Positions 22,480 through 31,554 of a stretch of DNA of 64,000 nucleotides are shown here, one piece after another; position 1 is the first letter of the stretch; each line of letters begins with the position of its first letter. The notes beneath the pieces were generated by a model. The model searched no databases. It was given only the letters and a program-made list of their open reading frames with translations, and was not told the DNA's origin. The stretch comes from Marmoricola sp. (lineage in GTDB: Bacteria > Actinomycetota > Actinomycetes > Propionibacteriales > Nocardioidaceae), in contig JAOPXD010000154.1 in NCBI GenBank assembly GCA_025965315.1, positions 9,822 to 73,821 of the forward strand, given 5' to 3'. The translations under genes were made by a program, and so were the position numbers.

Positions 22480-23490
22480 GTGAGTGCCGATCAGTCGCGA
22501 CCTGCGGACCTCCTGACGCCCTTGCTGGTCCTCGGGACTGTGGTCGCCCTCGTCTCGACGGGATTCGCCCACGGCTTCTGGCCTGAGAACCTGCACAACG
22601 GAGTGCTCGCACTGGCGTTCGGCGGTGTGGCCGCCTGGACGCTGCTGGTCCGGCCCGGACAGCGCGAGGCAGCGGTCTTCGCCGTTGTCGGCGTGCTGGA
22701 GGCGGTTCTGTTCCTGGGCCGGCAGATCGCTCACGACACTGCCCACGGCGCTGGCTCGTGGTGGGGGTGGTTCGGAGTGTGGCCACTTGCGTTGATCCTG
22801 GGGGTGCTGACCTGGGCCGTCCTCTGCTTCCCCGAGGGGACGGTTCCTTCTCGTCGCTGGCGCTGGGTGACGTTCGGCGTCCTCGCACTCGCCGCGATCC
22901 TCTCGCTGGTCTCGGCACTGTGGCCCGTCGAGTACGCGGCTGCCGGGATCCAGACACGGTCACCGTTCCACCTCGGCGGCCTCCACGCCGTTCGCCAGCT
23001 CTGGGACACGGTGGCGCACCCGGCCTACGCCTTGTTCCAGATCATCTGGGTCGTCGCCCTGTTGTCGCGCTGGCGACGCGCCAACGGCATCCTGAGGAGC
23101 CAGCTGGCGCTGCTGGGCGTCGGAGCCGGACTCGCCACAACCGCCCTGCTGGTGGGACTGGCGATCTGGTCCTCGCCACGCCTAGGCCTGCTGGCGACAC
23201 CACTGGTTCCGATCGCCGCCGGCTGGAGCATGGTCAGCCTGAGCCTGAGCCGGGTGGTCCAGGAGACCCGCGCCAGCGGAGGACTCGCAGGCCTCTCCCC
23301 GCGCGAGAACGAGGTCTTGGACCTGATGGCCCAGGGATTGTCGAACAAGGCCATCTCTGAGGAGCTCCATCTGAGCCTCAAGACCGTGGAGCCCATCGTG
23401 AGCGCCATCTTCAACAAGCTCCGGCTGCCCGCGGACGCGACAACGAACCGCAGGGTCCTGGCTGTGCGGGCCCTGCTCGCGGCGGAGTGA
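22480..23490 (+). CDS. Membrane-anchored LuxR-type transcriptional regulator
   Basis: Multi-TM N-terminus; C-terminal LSPRENEVLDLMAQGLSNKAISEELHLSLKTVE...IFNKL...NRRV. Confidence 0.85.
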   Translation: MSADQSRPADLLTPLLVLGTVVALVSTGFAHGFWPENLHNGVLALAFGGVAAWTLLVRPGQREAAVFAVVGVLEAVLFLGRQIAHDTAHGAGSWWGWFGVWPLALILGVLTWAVLCFPEGTVPSRRWRWVTFGVLALAAILSLVSALWPVEYAAAGIQTRSPFHLGGLHAVRQLWDTVAHPAYALFQIIWVVALLSRWRRANGILRSQLALLGVGAGLATTALLVGLAIWSSPRLGLLATPLVPIAAGWSMVSLSLSRVVQETRASGGLAGLSPRENEVLDLMAQGLSNKAISEELHLSLKTVEPIVSAIFNKLRLPADATTNRRVLAVRALLAAE

Positions 23491-23641
23491 CGCACCGCGG
23501 GCCGTCGGCGGTCTCGTGCGCATAGAGCACTGGTCAGGGTCAGGGTGCCAAGGCGAAATGCCGCCTCCCTCGTGACCCTCGGACGCCGATTCGTAGGTAC
23601 GCGAGCGCCGCGGTTGGTAGCGTCTCCGCCGGAGGTACCGG

Positions 23642-24478
23642 ATGACCATTCAGTGGCGGCTTCGGTGGACCGCAGTTGTCGCGACCTGCCTGCTCGGGGT
23701 CGTCGGCGAACCCCTCGCCAACTCGATCCAGAACTACCCCTTCCAGTACGGCGACGTCTTCTGGATCGTCGGCCTGGGCGTGGTGCCGTTCCTCGCGGTA
23801 CCGACCTGGCGCAACACCGCGAAACCACTGCTGGGTTGGGTGCAGATCGCGCACCCGCTGTTCTACTCACTCGGGTTCTACTGGCAGTACCCCCTCGATT
23901 CACAGTCATGGCTGTGGCCGCTTCTCGTGTTCCTGGGCAACCTTTCATTTGTCGCCTACTGGTGGCTGAACGCCATTGATGACGACGGCCAGCTGCGCAA
24001 TCGGTTGGCGCAGGCAATCATCGGCGTCGGCACCATCGTGTGGACCGGAATAGGGCTGATCATCCTGCTTTGCTACGTTCCCGAGTCGCCGTCCGCGCCG
24101 CACTCCGACTATGCGGTGTTCTCTGGCGGAGCGCTCTATCGGTCGCTCTTCTCAGAGTCGTCGTGGAGCCCAGGTCTCGTCATCTACAAGGGTCTGCTGA
24201 TCTCCGTCGCGGCGCTGACGGTCTGGCTCGCACTGCACGCGCGGCCCCATGAGAAGCGGACGCGATGGCTGATCGCAACCATGGCAATCGTCGGTGCGTG
24301 CTGGGGCAGCGGACTCGACGATGTCGGCGACAACTGGCTTCTCGGCCCGGACGGTCTCCTCGCGACCGTCGTCACCTTCGCCGAGTTCGTCGTCATCCCG
24401 TACCTGGTGGTCGTCCTGACCGCCCACGGAAGGCAACGGGAACGGATAGAAGTCGCTGCTGATCAGGTCGATGCGTGA
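23642..24478 (+). CDS. Hypothetical multi-TM membrane protein
   Basis: Hydrophobic segments throughout; more A/T-ending codons than backbone genes. Confidence 0.6.
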   Translation: MTIQWRLRWTAVVATCLLGVVGEPLANSIQNYPFQYGDVFWIVGLGVVPFLAVPTWRNTAKPLLGWVQIAHPLFYSLGFYWQYPLDSQSWLWPLLVFLGNLSFVAYWWLNAIDDDGQLRNRLAQAIIGVGTIVWTGIGLIILLCYVPESPSAPHSDYAVFSGGALYRSLFSESSWSPGLVIYKGLLISVAALTVWLALHARPHEKRTRWLIATMAIVGACWGSGLDDVGDNWLLGPDGLLATVVTFAEFVVIPYLVVVLTAHGRQRERIEVAADQVDA

Positions 24479-24544
24479 CGGCCCAGCCGTACACGGACGC
24501 GAAATGACGCGACCGGGCCGAGCGTGTCGCATGCGGATCACGCG

Positions 24545-24589
24545 GGACCCCTGGATGTGGAGCAGTTACTTGACTGCCTTGCGTTCCAT
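24545..24589 (-). pseudogene. Remnant of a HepT/DUF86-like toxin gene
   Basis: ATG coupled to the antitoxin stop (TGATG); reads M E R K A V K * L L H I Q G, resembling the N-terminus of actinobacterial DUF86 proteins (recalled as MxRxAAKELLHI), then loses similarity. Confidence 0.65.
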
Positions 24590-25062
24590 CACAGCAGCAC
24601 CGCCTCGCGCTGGATGTCGTCGTCCAGCCCGGGCTTGAGTCCGCCACGTTCGACCAGGTCGATCTCGCGACCGAGGATCTGTTCAATGAGTTGCTTGAAC
24701 CGGATGAAACCGAACGGCGAGGTCCCCTCAGGAGCTTCTACGAGGAGATCGATGTCGGAGTCGGGCCGGGCCTGGTGCCGCGCAGCCGAGACGAAGACGG
24801 CGAGGCCGGAGTAGCCGTGCTCGGCTGCCACAGACTTGAGGATGGGCGCTGCAGCATCCAGCAGGACTTCCGGATGCACGCCATCGAGCGCGGGAGCGAA
24901 TTTGAGCTGTTGACTGACCGCTGGCTGGGAGATGCCCAACGCCTCGGCGACCTGACGCTGGCTCATGCCGGTCGCGATCATCGCGCGCAACGCCAGACCG
25001 CGCCGCAGGCGCGCCAGGCCTTCCTCGCGCTGAGCATCGCGATAGTCCGACAGCAGGGTCAT
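24589..25062 (-). CDS. HTH + minimal nucleotidyltransferase (MntA-like antitoxin), GS motif altered to VS
   Basis: MSQRQVAEALGISQPAVSQ HTH; LAVFVSAARHQARPDSDIDLLVE; ILGREIDLV. Confidence 0.85.
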   Translation of the reverse strand: MTLLSDYRDAQREEGLARLRRGLALRAMIATGMSQRQVAEALGISQPAVSQQLKFAPALDGVHPEVLLDAAAPILKSVAAEHGYSGLAVFVSAARHQARPDSDIDLLVEAPEGTSPFGFIRFKQLIEQILGREIDLVERGGLKPGLDDDIQREAVLL

Positions 25063-25075
25063 AAGATGATCTTAT
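25061..25075. promoter_or_regulatory. Perfect 7-1-7 palindrome over the antitoxin start (candidate autorepression operator)
   Basis: ATAAGAT-G-ATCTTAT. Confidence 0.6.
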
Positions 25076-25197
25076 CAGTGCTACGCAAGCTGCTTCGGAG
25101 CTGGGGCGCACGGTCTCCGTGGTGCGAACGCGCACCGCCGCTCGGGTCTCCCGACTCGCTAGGCTCGGGCAGCAGGCGACGAACGAAGGGGAAGCAC

Positions 25198-26220
25198 GTG
25201 CCCGATCCATCGAGTCCCCTCCGCAAGCTGGGCTTCCTGACCATCGGACTGTTCGACGGAGACGACCCGCGTCCCGGGCACGAGTCGACGCTGTCCGTGA
25301 TCGAGCTCGGCGAGCAGCTCGGGTTCGACAGCGCCTGGGTGCGGCACCGGCACCTGCAGTACGGCATCTCCTCGCCGGTCGCGGTCCTCGCCGCCGCGAC
25401 CCAGCGCACCAGCCGGATCGAGCTGGGCACCGCCGTGATCCCGTTGGGCTGGGAGAATCCGCTGCGGCTCGCCGAGGACCTGGCCACCGTGGACCTGCTC
25501 AGCAACGGGCGGCTCAACCCCGGACTCAGCGTCGGTCCGCCGATGCGCTGGGACGACGTGAGGGACGCCCTCTACCCCGATACCGCCGAGCTCGAGGACT
25601 TCAGTTACGCACGCGTCGAGCGGCTGCTGCGGATGGTCCGCGGGGAGGCCGTCAGCCCCTTCGAGGGCACCGTCGGCATCGAGGACTTCTCCCGCCGCGT
25701 CGAGCCGCACTCCCCCGGTCTGGCGGACCGGCTCTGGTACGGCGGCGCCGGGCTGGCTTCGGCCGAGTGGGCCGGCCAGCACCGGATGAACTTCCTGACC
25801 AGCAGCGTCGTCCGTGCGGAGGAGTCCGAGGACTTCGCCGAGATCCAGCGCTCCCACGTCCGCAGGTTCCGCGAGCACCACCCCGCCGGCAGCGCCGCCC
25901 GCGTCTCCCAGGGCCTGGTGGTGATCCCGACCGACTCAGCGACCGCGGACCAGCGCGCGAGGTACCAGCAGTACGTCGAGGCGCGGACCCCGCGGACCAC
26001 AGCCCCTCAGGGCCCGGCGCGGATGATGTTCGCCCGCGACCTGATCGGTACCTCGGAGGAGATCGCGGAGCAGCTCTACGCCCATGCCGGGTTCCGCGAG
26101 GTGGACGAGGTCGCGTTCGCGCTGCCGTTCTCGTTCGAGCACGCCGACTACGTCCAGATCCTGACCGACATCACTACCCGGCTCGGTCCGGCACTGGGCT
26201 GGAGCCCTGCGTCCGCATGA
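25198..26220 (+). CDS. LLM-class flavin-dependent oxidoreductase
   Basis: GFDSAWVRHRH, TSRIELGTAVIP, ENPLRLAEDLATVDLLSNGRL; GTG at 25198 after a GAAGGGGAAG purine run. Confidence 0.9.
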   Translation: MPDPSSPLRKLGFLTIGLFDGDDPRPGHESTLSVIELGEQLGFDSAWVRHRHLQYGISSPVAVLAAATQRTSRIELGTAVIPLGWENPLRLAEDLATVDLLSNGRLNPGLSVGPPMRWDDVRDALYPDTAELEDFSYARVERLLRMVRGEAVSPFEGTVGIEDFSRRVEPHSPGLADRLWYGGAGLASAEWAGQHRMNFLTSSVVRAEESEDFAEIQRSHVRRFREHHPAGSAARVSQGLVVIPTDSATADQRARYQQYVEARTPRTTAPQGPARMMFARDLIGTSEEIAEQLYAHAGFREVDEVAFALPFSFEHADYVQILTDITTRLGPALGWSPASA

Positions 26221-26272
26221 GCGAACCTGCGCGCTCGGAATGCAGGCAGGGCCTCGTGGGTTGGGGGCAGGT

Positions 26273-27325
26273 ATGAGCATCAAGACTTCTGCCCTGGTCG
26301 CCGAGACCGCCGGCGCGCCCTTCGTCCAGCGAACCATCGAGCACCGCGAGCTCGGTGAGTTCGACATCCTGATCGACATCGCCTTCGCCGGGATCTGTCA
26401 CAGCGACATCCACCAGGTCCGCGAGGAGTGGGGCCGGGCGATCTTCCCGATGGTGCCGGGCCACGAGATCGCCGGCACCGTCGCCGCGGTCGGCAGCGCG
26501 GTCACCCGGCACCGGGTCGGCGACCGGGTCGGCGTCGGCTGCATGGTCGACTCCTGCGGCGACTGCGAGCAGTGCAAGGACGGTCAGGAGCAGTTCTGCG
26601 ACAACGGCAACGTGATGACCTACAACGGCCGCGGGTACGACGGGAACCCGACGTACGGCGGCTACGCCCAGCAGGTCGTCGTCTCCGAGCGCTTCGGCGT
26701 ACGGATCCCTGACGGCATCTCGCTCGACGAGGCCGCGCCGCTGCTCTGCGCCGGAATCACGGTGTGGACGCCCCTCAAGCGCTGGGGAGCAGGTCCGGGC
26801 ACCAAGGTCGGTGTCGTGGGGCTCGGCGGTCTGGGGCACATGGCCGTCAAGCTCGCCGCTGCCCTGGGTGCCGAGGTGACCGTGCTGTCGCGCAGCGACG
26901 CCAAGGCCGGCGACGCTGCCGAGCTCGGCGCGGACAAGTTCATCGCGACCGGCGAGAAGGGCGCGCTGCGGAAGAACACCCGCACCCTGGACCTGATCAT
27001 CAACACCGTCAGCGCCGCACTGCCGATGAACGACTACCTCGGGCTCCTCAAGCCGCAGGGAGCCCTGGTCAACGTGGGCATCCCCTCGGAGAACTACGAC
27101 ATCGCTCCGTTCGCGGTCGTCGGCGGCTCCAAGGTGCTGGCCGGTTCGAACATCGGCGGTATCCCCGCCACCCAGGAGATGCTCGACTTCTGTGCCGAGC
27201 ACGGCATCGGCGCCACGATCGAGACGATCAGCGCGGACGAGGTCGACGCGGCGTACGAGCGGGTCGTCGCCGGCGACGTGCGCTACCGGGTCGTGATCGA
27301 CACCAGCACGATCAACGCCGGCTGA
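26273..27325 (+). CDS. NAD(P)-dependent zinc alcohol dehydrogenase (CAD/AdhC-like)
   Basis: GICHSD, GHEIAG, CGDCEQC, APLLCAGIT, GLGGLG. Confidence 0.93.
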   Translation: MSIKTSALVAETAGAPFVQRTIEHRELGEFDILIDIAFAGICHSDIHQVREEWGRAIFPMVPGHEIAGTVAAVGSAVTRHRVGDRVGVGCMVDSCGDCEQCKDGQEQFCDNGNVMTYNGRGYDGNPTYGGYAQQVVVSERFGVRIPDGISLDEAAPLLCAGITVWTPLKRWGAGPGTKVGVVGLGGLGHMAVKLAAALGAEVTVLSRSDAKAGDAAELGADKFIATGEKGALRKNTRTLDLIINTVSAALPMNDYLGLLKPQGALVNVGIPSENYDIAPFAVVGGSKVLAGSNIGGIPATQEMLDFCAEHGIGATIETISADEVDAAYERVVAGDVRYRVVIDTSTINAG

Positions 27326-27346
27326 CCCCGGGCTGGATCAGCCGGC
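27317..27346. terminator. Hairpin between convergent genes
   Basis: GCCGGCTGA / TCAGCCGGC 9-bp inverted repeat containing both stop codons. Confidence 0.45.
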
Positions 27347-28039
27347 CGGCGTGATCGTCGCCGTCGGCGGGGTCCTGCCGGCGACGACGGCCTTGAGCCG
27401 GTCGACAGCGACCGTCACGAAGTCGTCCAGCTGCGGGAACGCGCCGGCGAGGTCGCCGATGCTGGTCGCGGAGATGCTGTTCTTGATCCGGACCGCGGCC
27501 AGGAACAACCCGAACGGCACCGTCTGGCCGCCCTCGGTCAGCGTGCCGGTCGCCTCCAGGTTGAACTCGTCGTCGGCGCCGTCGATCTTCTCGTCGGTGA
27601 TCGTGACGCTCAGCTTGGTGATGGTGCCGTCCTTGGCGGTGTCGTCGACGCTCGTGCAGCTCGCCATCGACGTCCGGGCCGCGCTGATCGCACCCTTCGC
27701 CGCGGCCACGGACCGGTACGACGTCACCTCCGAGGCCAGCAGCGGGAACCCGGTGTCGCTGGTCGCCTGGTACTCGGACTTCGCCTTGACCGGGGCCTTC
27801 GCCTCGGTCAGCTTGTCGAGCGGTGCCAGGCAGCCGGGGGCGTCGGTGCTGCTGGCGTCGTCGGTCCGGGAGGTGAAGCCGCTGCCGAGGTTGTCCTGGG
27901 TGAGCAGCGCCGAGGTGGCGTCCGCCTTGCTCAACGGGCTGACCTTCGGGGCACTCGAGGAGCCGCTGCTCCCGCAGCCGGTCAGCGCGGCAGCCGTCAC
28001 GAGCACCAGGACGACGCCAGCAGAACGGGACGTGCGCAT
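27338..28039 (-). CDS. Hypothetical lipoprotein (PknH-like sensor fold possible)
   Basis: Lipobox LTGC; ALLTQDNLGSGF; Cys pair. Confidence 0.7.
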   Translation of the reverse strand: MRTSRSAGVVLVLVTAAALTGCGSSGSSSAPKVSPLSKADATSALLTQDNLGSGFTSRTDDASSTDAPGCLAPLDKLTEAKAPVKAKSEYQATSDTGFPLLASEVTSYRSVAAAKGAISAARTSMASCTSVDDTAKDGTITKLSVTITDEKIDGADDEFNLEATGTLTEGGQTVPFGLFLAAVRIKNSISATSIGDLAGAFPQLDDFVTVAVDRLKAVVAGRTPPTATITPAG

Positions 28040-28119
28040 CAGGACCTCCGAGACGGGTTGCCAAGAGTTGCGTCAGTCTGGCGCATCCCGGAGCGGGCGT
28101 GCAGGGGCTGTCTAGGCCT

Positions 28120-28368
28120 CTATGCCTGGGTGTCGAACCCGGAGTTCGCGCGGCTGCTGGTCTTGTCTTCGTCGCCGAAGACGCCCGCCGCAGCGTTCTG
28201 GTCGGTCTTCCTCAGGTGGCGGTACATGCTCCAGCAGAGCAGCGCCACAGCAGCGATCAGACCGATGAACAGGGCGAAGGCACCCCAACCGGCCTTGACG
28301 TTCTTGTCCGCCGGGACCTTGTCGACCAGCGAGACGAAGCCGTGCAGCACGATGACGAAGGTGTTCAT
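28120..28368 (-). CDS. Small single-TM protein (Rv1083-like position)
   Basis: DKNVKAGWGAFALFIGLIAAVALLCWSMYRHLRK; directly downstream of mca. Confidence 0.75.
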   Translation of the reverse strand: MNTFVIVLHGFVSLVDKVPADKNVKAGWGAFALFIGLIAAVALLCWSMYRHLRKTDQNAAAGVFGDEDKTSSRANSGFDTQA

Positions 28369-28380
28369 GACGTCATTGTC

Positions 28381-29304
28381 TCAGGCGCTCTGCTCGGCCA
28401 CGAAGGCAGCACTCTCCCGGACCCCGGTGAACAGGTCGTCCTCGGGAAGCGAGGTCTCCACCAGGCTGGTGACCAGCTCGAAGTCCTCGGTCGGCCAGAT
28501 CCGCTGCTGGACCTCCATCGGGATCTGGAAGAAGAACCCGTCGGGGTCGATCTGGGTGGCGTGCGCGATCAGTGCCTGGTCGCGTACCGGGAAGTACTCG
28601 CCGCAGGGCACCTTCGTGGTGACCCGGGCGTCCCACACCGGATCGGGCTTCCACTCCTTGAGCCGTTCGCCGAAGGACGACTCCAGACCGAGCTCGAGGG
28701 CGGCCTCGTGCAGGGCTACGGCCTTCGGCCGGTTGAAGCCGTGCTGGTAGTAGACCTTGAGGACCTGCCAGGGCTCGCCCGCGTCGGGGTAGCGGGTCGG
28801 ATCGGAGGCGGCCTCGAACGCAGCCATCGAGATCTCGTGGCACTTGATGTGGTCCGGGTGCGGGTAGCCGCCGTTCTCGTCGTACGTCGTCAGGACGTGC
28901 GGCCGGAAGGAGCGGATCAGCCGGACCAGCGGCTCGGTCGCCTCCTCGAGCGGAACCAAGCCGAAGCACCCCTCGGGCAGCGGCGGCTTGGGGTCGCCCT
29001 CGGGCCACCCCGAGTCGACGAAGCCCAACCAGTCCTGGGACACCCCGAGGATCTCGCGGGCCCGCTCCATCTCCGCGCGCCGGATCTCGGTCATGTTCGC
29101 CAGCACGTCGGGCAGGTCCATCTTCGGGTTCAGGATCGACCCGCGCTCGCCGCCGGTGCAGGTCACGACGTGGACATCCACCCCCTCGGCGACGTAGCGC
29201 GCGGTGGAGGCTGCGCCTTTGCTGGACTCGTCGTCGGGGTGGGCGTGCACGTGCATCAGGCGCAGGCCGTTGCGGTCCGGCTTTGGATCAGGCATGGGGT
29301 CCAT
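28381..29304 (-). CDS. mca: Mycothiol S-conjugate amidase
   Basis: [30 protein letters not shown], divergent from DUF4307/greA. Confidence 0.93.
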   Translation of the reverse strand: MDPMPDPKPDRNGLRLMHVHAHPDDESSKGAASTARYVAEGVDVHVVTCTGGERGSILNPKMDLPDVLANMTEIRRAEMERAREILGVSQDWLGFVDSGWPEGDPKPPLPEGCFGLVPLEEATEPLVRLIRSFRPHVLTTYDENGGYPHPDHIKCHEISMAAFEAASDPTRYPDAGEPWQVLKVYYQHGFNRPKAVALHEAALELGLESSFGERLKEWKPDPVWDARVTTKVPCGEYFPVRDQALIAHATQIDPDGFFFQIPMEVQQRIWPTEDFELVTSLVETSLPEDDLFTGVRESAAFVAEQSA

Positions 29305-29344
29305 CCTAGGTGGGGCGTCGCGAGGCCCTCCCTATAGTTGCGGC

Positions 29345-29743
29345 GTGAGCGATCTCCTCGAGCAGCGGTACGGCGTTCCGCGACCCCGCAACCGGAAGGT
29401 GATCATCGTCGCGTCGACGGTCCTCGGCGTCGTCTTCTTCGGCTGGGTCGCGTGGGCTGCCTGGTTCAACAGCGACACCGCGTACGACGCCGAGCTCGAG
29501 TCGTTCGACGTGGTCAGCACGCACGAGGTCCGCGTCAAGATGGACATCAAGGTCAGCAAGGACCACATCAAGGGCAGCTGCCTGCTGCGCGCGACGGCGT
29601 CGGACCACACGATCGTCGGCGAGACGAACCTCAGCGTGGCGACGATCGTCAAGGACCAGGGCCGCTGGATCCCGATCCGGACCGAGCGCCGCGCGACGAC
29701 CGTGGAGAAGATCAGCTGCACCGCTGACAAGCACGGCAATTGA
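29345..29743 (+). CDS. DUF4307 (Rv1081c-like) membrane-anchored protein
   Basis: LEQRYG, TM segment, CLLRATASDHTIVGE, IRTERRATT; TATAGT -10 box 6 nt before GTG. Confidence 0.85.
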   Translation: MSDLLEQRYGVPRPRNRKVIIVASTVLGVVFFGWVAWAAWFNSDTAYDAELESFDVVSTHEVRVKMDIKVSKDHIKGSCLLRATASDHTIVGETNLSVATIVKDQGRWIPIRTERRATTVEKISCTADKHGN

Positions 29744-29832
29744 CCCGTTGCTAAGGTAGATGTTTTCCCGTCCTGGTGCCGACGTCATCCCGAGGACGAC
29801 GACCAACCCCTACGGAAGCAGGAGCTGTAGCC

Positions 29833-30330
29833 ATGACTCAGGCAGATGAACGCGACGGCGTGTGGTTGACACAGGCCAAGTACGACGAGCTCACCGCTGA
29901 GCTCGAGGACCTTCGCGGCCCTGCCCGGACCGGTGTCGTGGAGAAGGTCAGCGCCGCCCGCGACGAGGGGGACCTCAAGGAGAACGGCGGCTACCACGCC
30001 GCCCGCGAGGAGCTCGGCAAGCTCGACGGCCGGATCGCCCAGCTCGTCGAGATGCTCAAGAACGCCCGCGTGGGCGAGACACCCGCCGACGACGGCGTGG
30101 TGGAGCCCGGCATGCTCGTCACGATCAGGTTCGTGGGCGACAAGGACACCGAGCAGTTCCTGCTGGGCGCTCGCGAGATGGCCGGCGACGACGTCCAGGT
30201 CTACTCGCCCCAGTCCCCCCTCGGCGAGGCCATCAACGGCGCCTCCACGGGCGACACGGTCAGCTACCCGGCCCCGAACGGCTCGCTGCTCAAGGTCGAG
30301 ATCGTCGACGCGACGCCGTACACAGGCTGA
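29833..30330 (+). CDS. greA: Transcription elongation factor GreA
   Basis: WLTQAKYDELTAELE, ARDEGDLKENGGYHAARE, YSPQSPLG. Confidence 0.96.
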   Translation: MTQADERDGVWLTQAKYDELTAELEDLRGPARTGVVEKVSAARDEGDLKENGGYHAAREELGKLDGRIAQLVEMLKNARVGETPADDGVVEPGMLVTIRFVGDKDTEQFLLGAREMAGDDVQVYSPQSPLGEAINGASTGDTVSYPAPNGSLLKVEIVDATPYTG

Positions 30331-30333
30331 GCC

Positions 30334-31554
30334 TCAGCTGATCTCGATGACCTCGTAGCCACTGGCCCAGAGCTGGCTCAGGACGGCCTCGGCGTGCTCG
30401 GGGCCGCGGGTCTCCAGCTGGACGTGCACCTCGACCTCGTCGATGCTCAGCGATCCCGAGGTGCGCTCGTGGCTGACCTCCAGGACGTTCGCGCCCTGCT
30501 CCGCCAACCCGGCGAGCAGTGCGGCGAGGCCCCCGGGACGGTCCGGGATCCGGACGCCGACGTTCAGGTAGCGGCCTGCTGCGGCCAGACCGTGCCGGAT
30601 CAGCTTGGCGAGCAGCAACAGGTCGACGTTGCCTCCGGAGAGCACCGCGACGGCGGGGGTCGCGTACGCCTCGGGGCGGTCCAGGATCGCGGCCACCGCA
30701 ACGGCGCCGGCTGGTTCGACGACCACCTTGGCCCGTTCCAGCAGCAGTACCAGTGCTCGCGAGATCGATTCCTCGGAGACGGTGACGACCTCGTCGACGT
30801 ACCGCTCGATCGCATCGAACGGGACCTGACCGGGGCGGGCGACCGCGATCCCGTCCGCCATCGTGCGCATCGCTGCCAGTGCGACCGGGTGCCCGGCGGC
30901 CAGTGAGCCCGGGTAGGCGGCGGCACCCTCGGCCTGCACCCCGACGACCCGGACGTCGGGCCGGAGCTCCTTGATCGCGAGCGCCACCCCGGCGATCAGT
31001 CCGCCACCGCCGGTGGGCACCAGCACGGTCGCGGCCTGGGGCGCCTGCTCGACGATCTCCAGACCGCAGGTGGCCTGCCCGGCGACGATGTCGACGTGGT
31101 CGAACGGGTGGATCAGGACGGCGCCGGTCTCCTCGGCGTACTCGATCGCGTGCGCCAGTGCCTCGTCGAGGATCGCCCCGTGGAAGATCACCTCGGCGCC
31201 GTACCCGCGGGTGGCGTTGAGCTTGGGGATCGGGGCGCCCTCGGGCATGAAGACGGTTGCCTTGATCCCGAGCATCCGGGCGGCGAGCGCGACGCCCTGG
31301 GCGTGGTTGCCGGCCGAGGCAGCGACGACACCGCGGGCACGTTCTTCCTCGGACAGCCGGGCCATCCGGACGTAGGCGCCCCGGATCTTGAACGAGCCGG
31401 TGCGCTGCAGGTTCTCGCACTTGAGGAGCACCGGCCCCCCGACCACCGCGGAGAGCCACCGGGACTCCTCCATCGGCGTGGTGATCGCGACGTCGCGCAG
31501 CAGTGCTGCAGCAGCCTCGATCTCGGCCAGCGTGATCGGACCCGGCGCGCTCAT
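30334..31554 (-). CDS. ilvA: Threonine ammonia-lyase with C-terminal ACT domain
   Basis: KCENLQRTGSFKIRGA, ASAGNHAQG, PTGGGGL, ACT domain IPDRPGGL; ATG at 31554 overlaps the upstream stop. Confidence 0.92.
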   Translation of the reverse strand: MSAPGPITLAEIEAAAALLRDVAITTPMEESRWLSAVVGGPVLLKCENLQRTGSFKIRGAYVRMARLSEEERARGVVAASAGNHAQGVALAARMLGIKATVFMPEGAPIPKLNATRGYGAEVIFHGAILDEALAHAIEYAEETGAVLIHPFDHVDIVAGQATCGLEIVEQAPQAATVLVPTGGGGLIAGVALAIKELRPDVRVVGVQAEGAAAYPGSLAAGHPVALAAMRTMADGIAVARPGQVPFDAIERYVDEVVTVSEESISRALVLLLERAKVVVEPAGAVAVAAILDRPEAYATPAVAVLSGGNVDLLLLAKLIRHGLAAAGRYLNVGVRIPDRPGGLAALLAGLAEQGANVLEVSHERTSGSLSIDEVEVHVQLETRGPEHAEAVLSQLWASGYEVIEIS

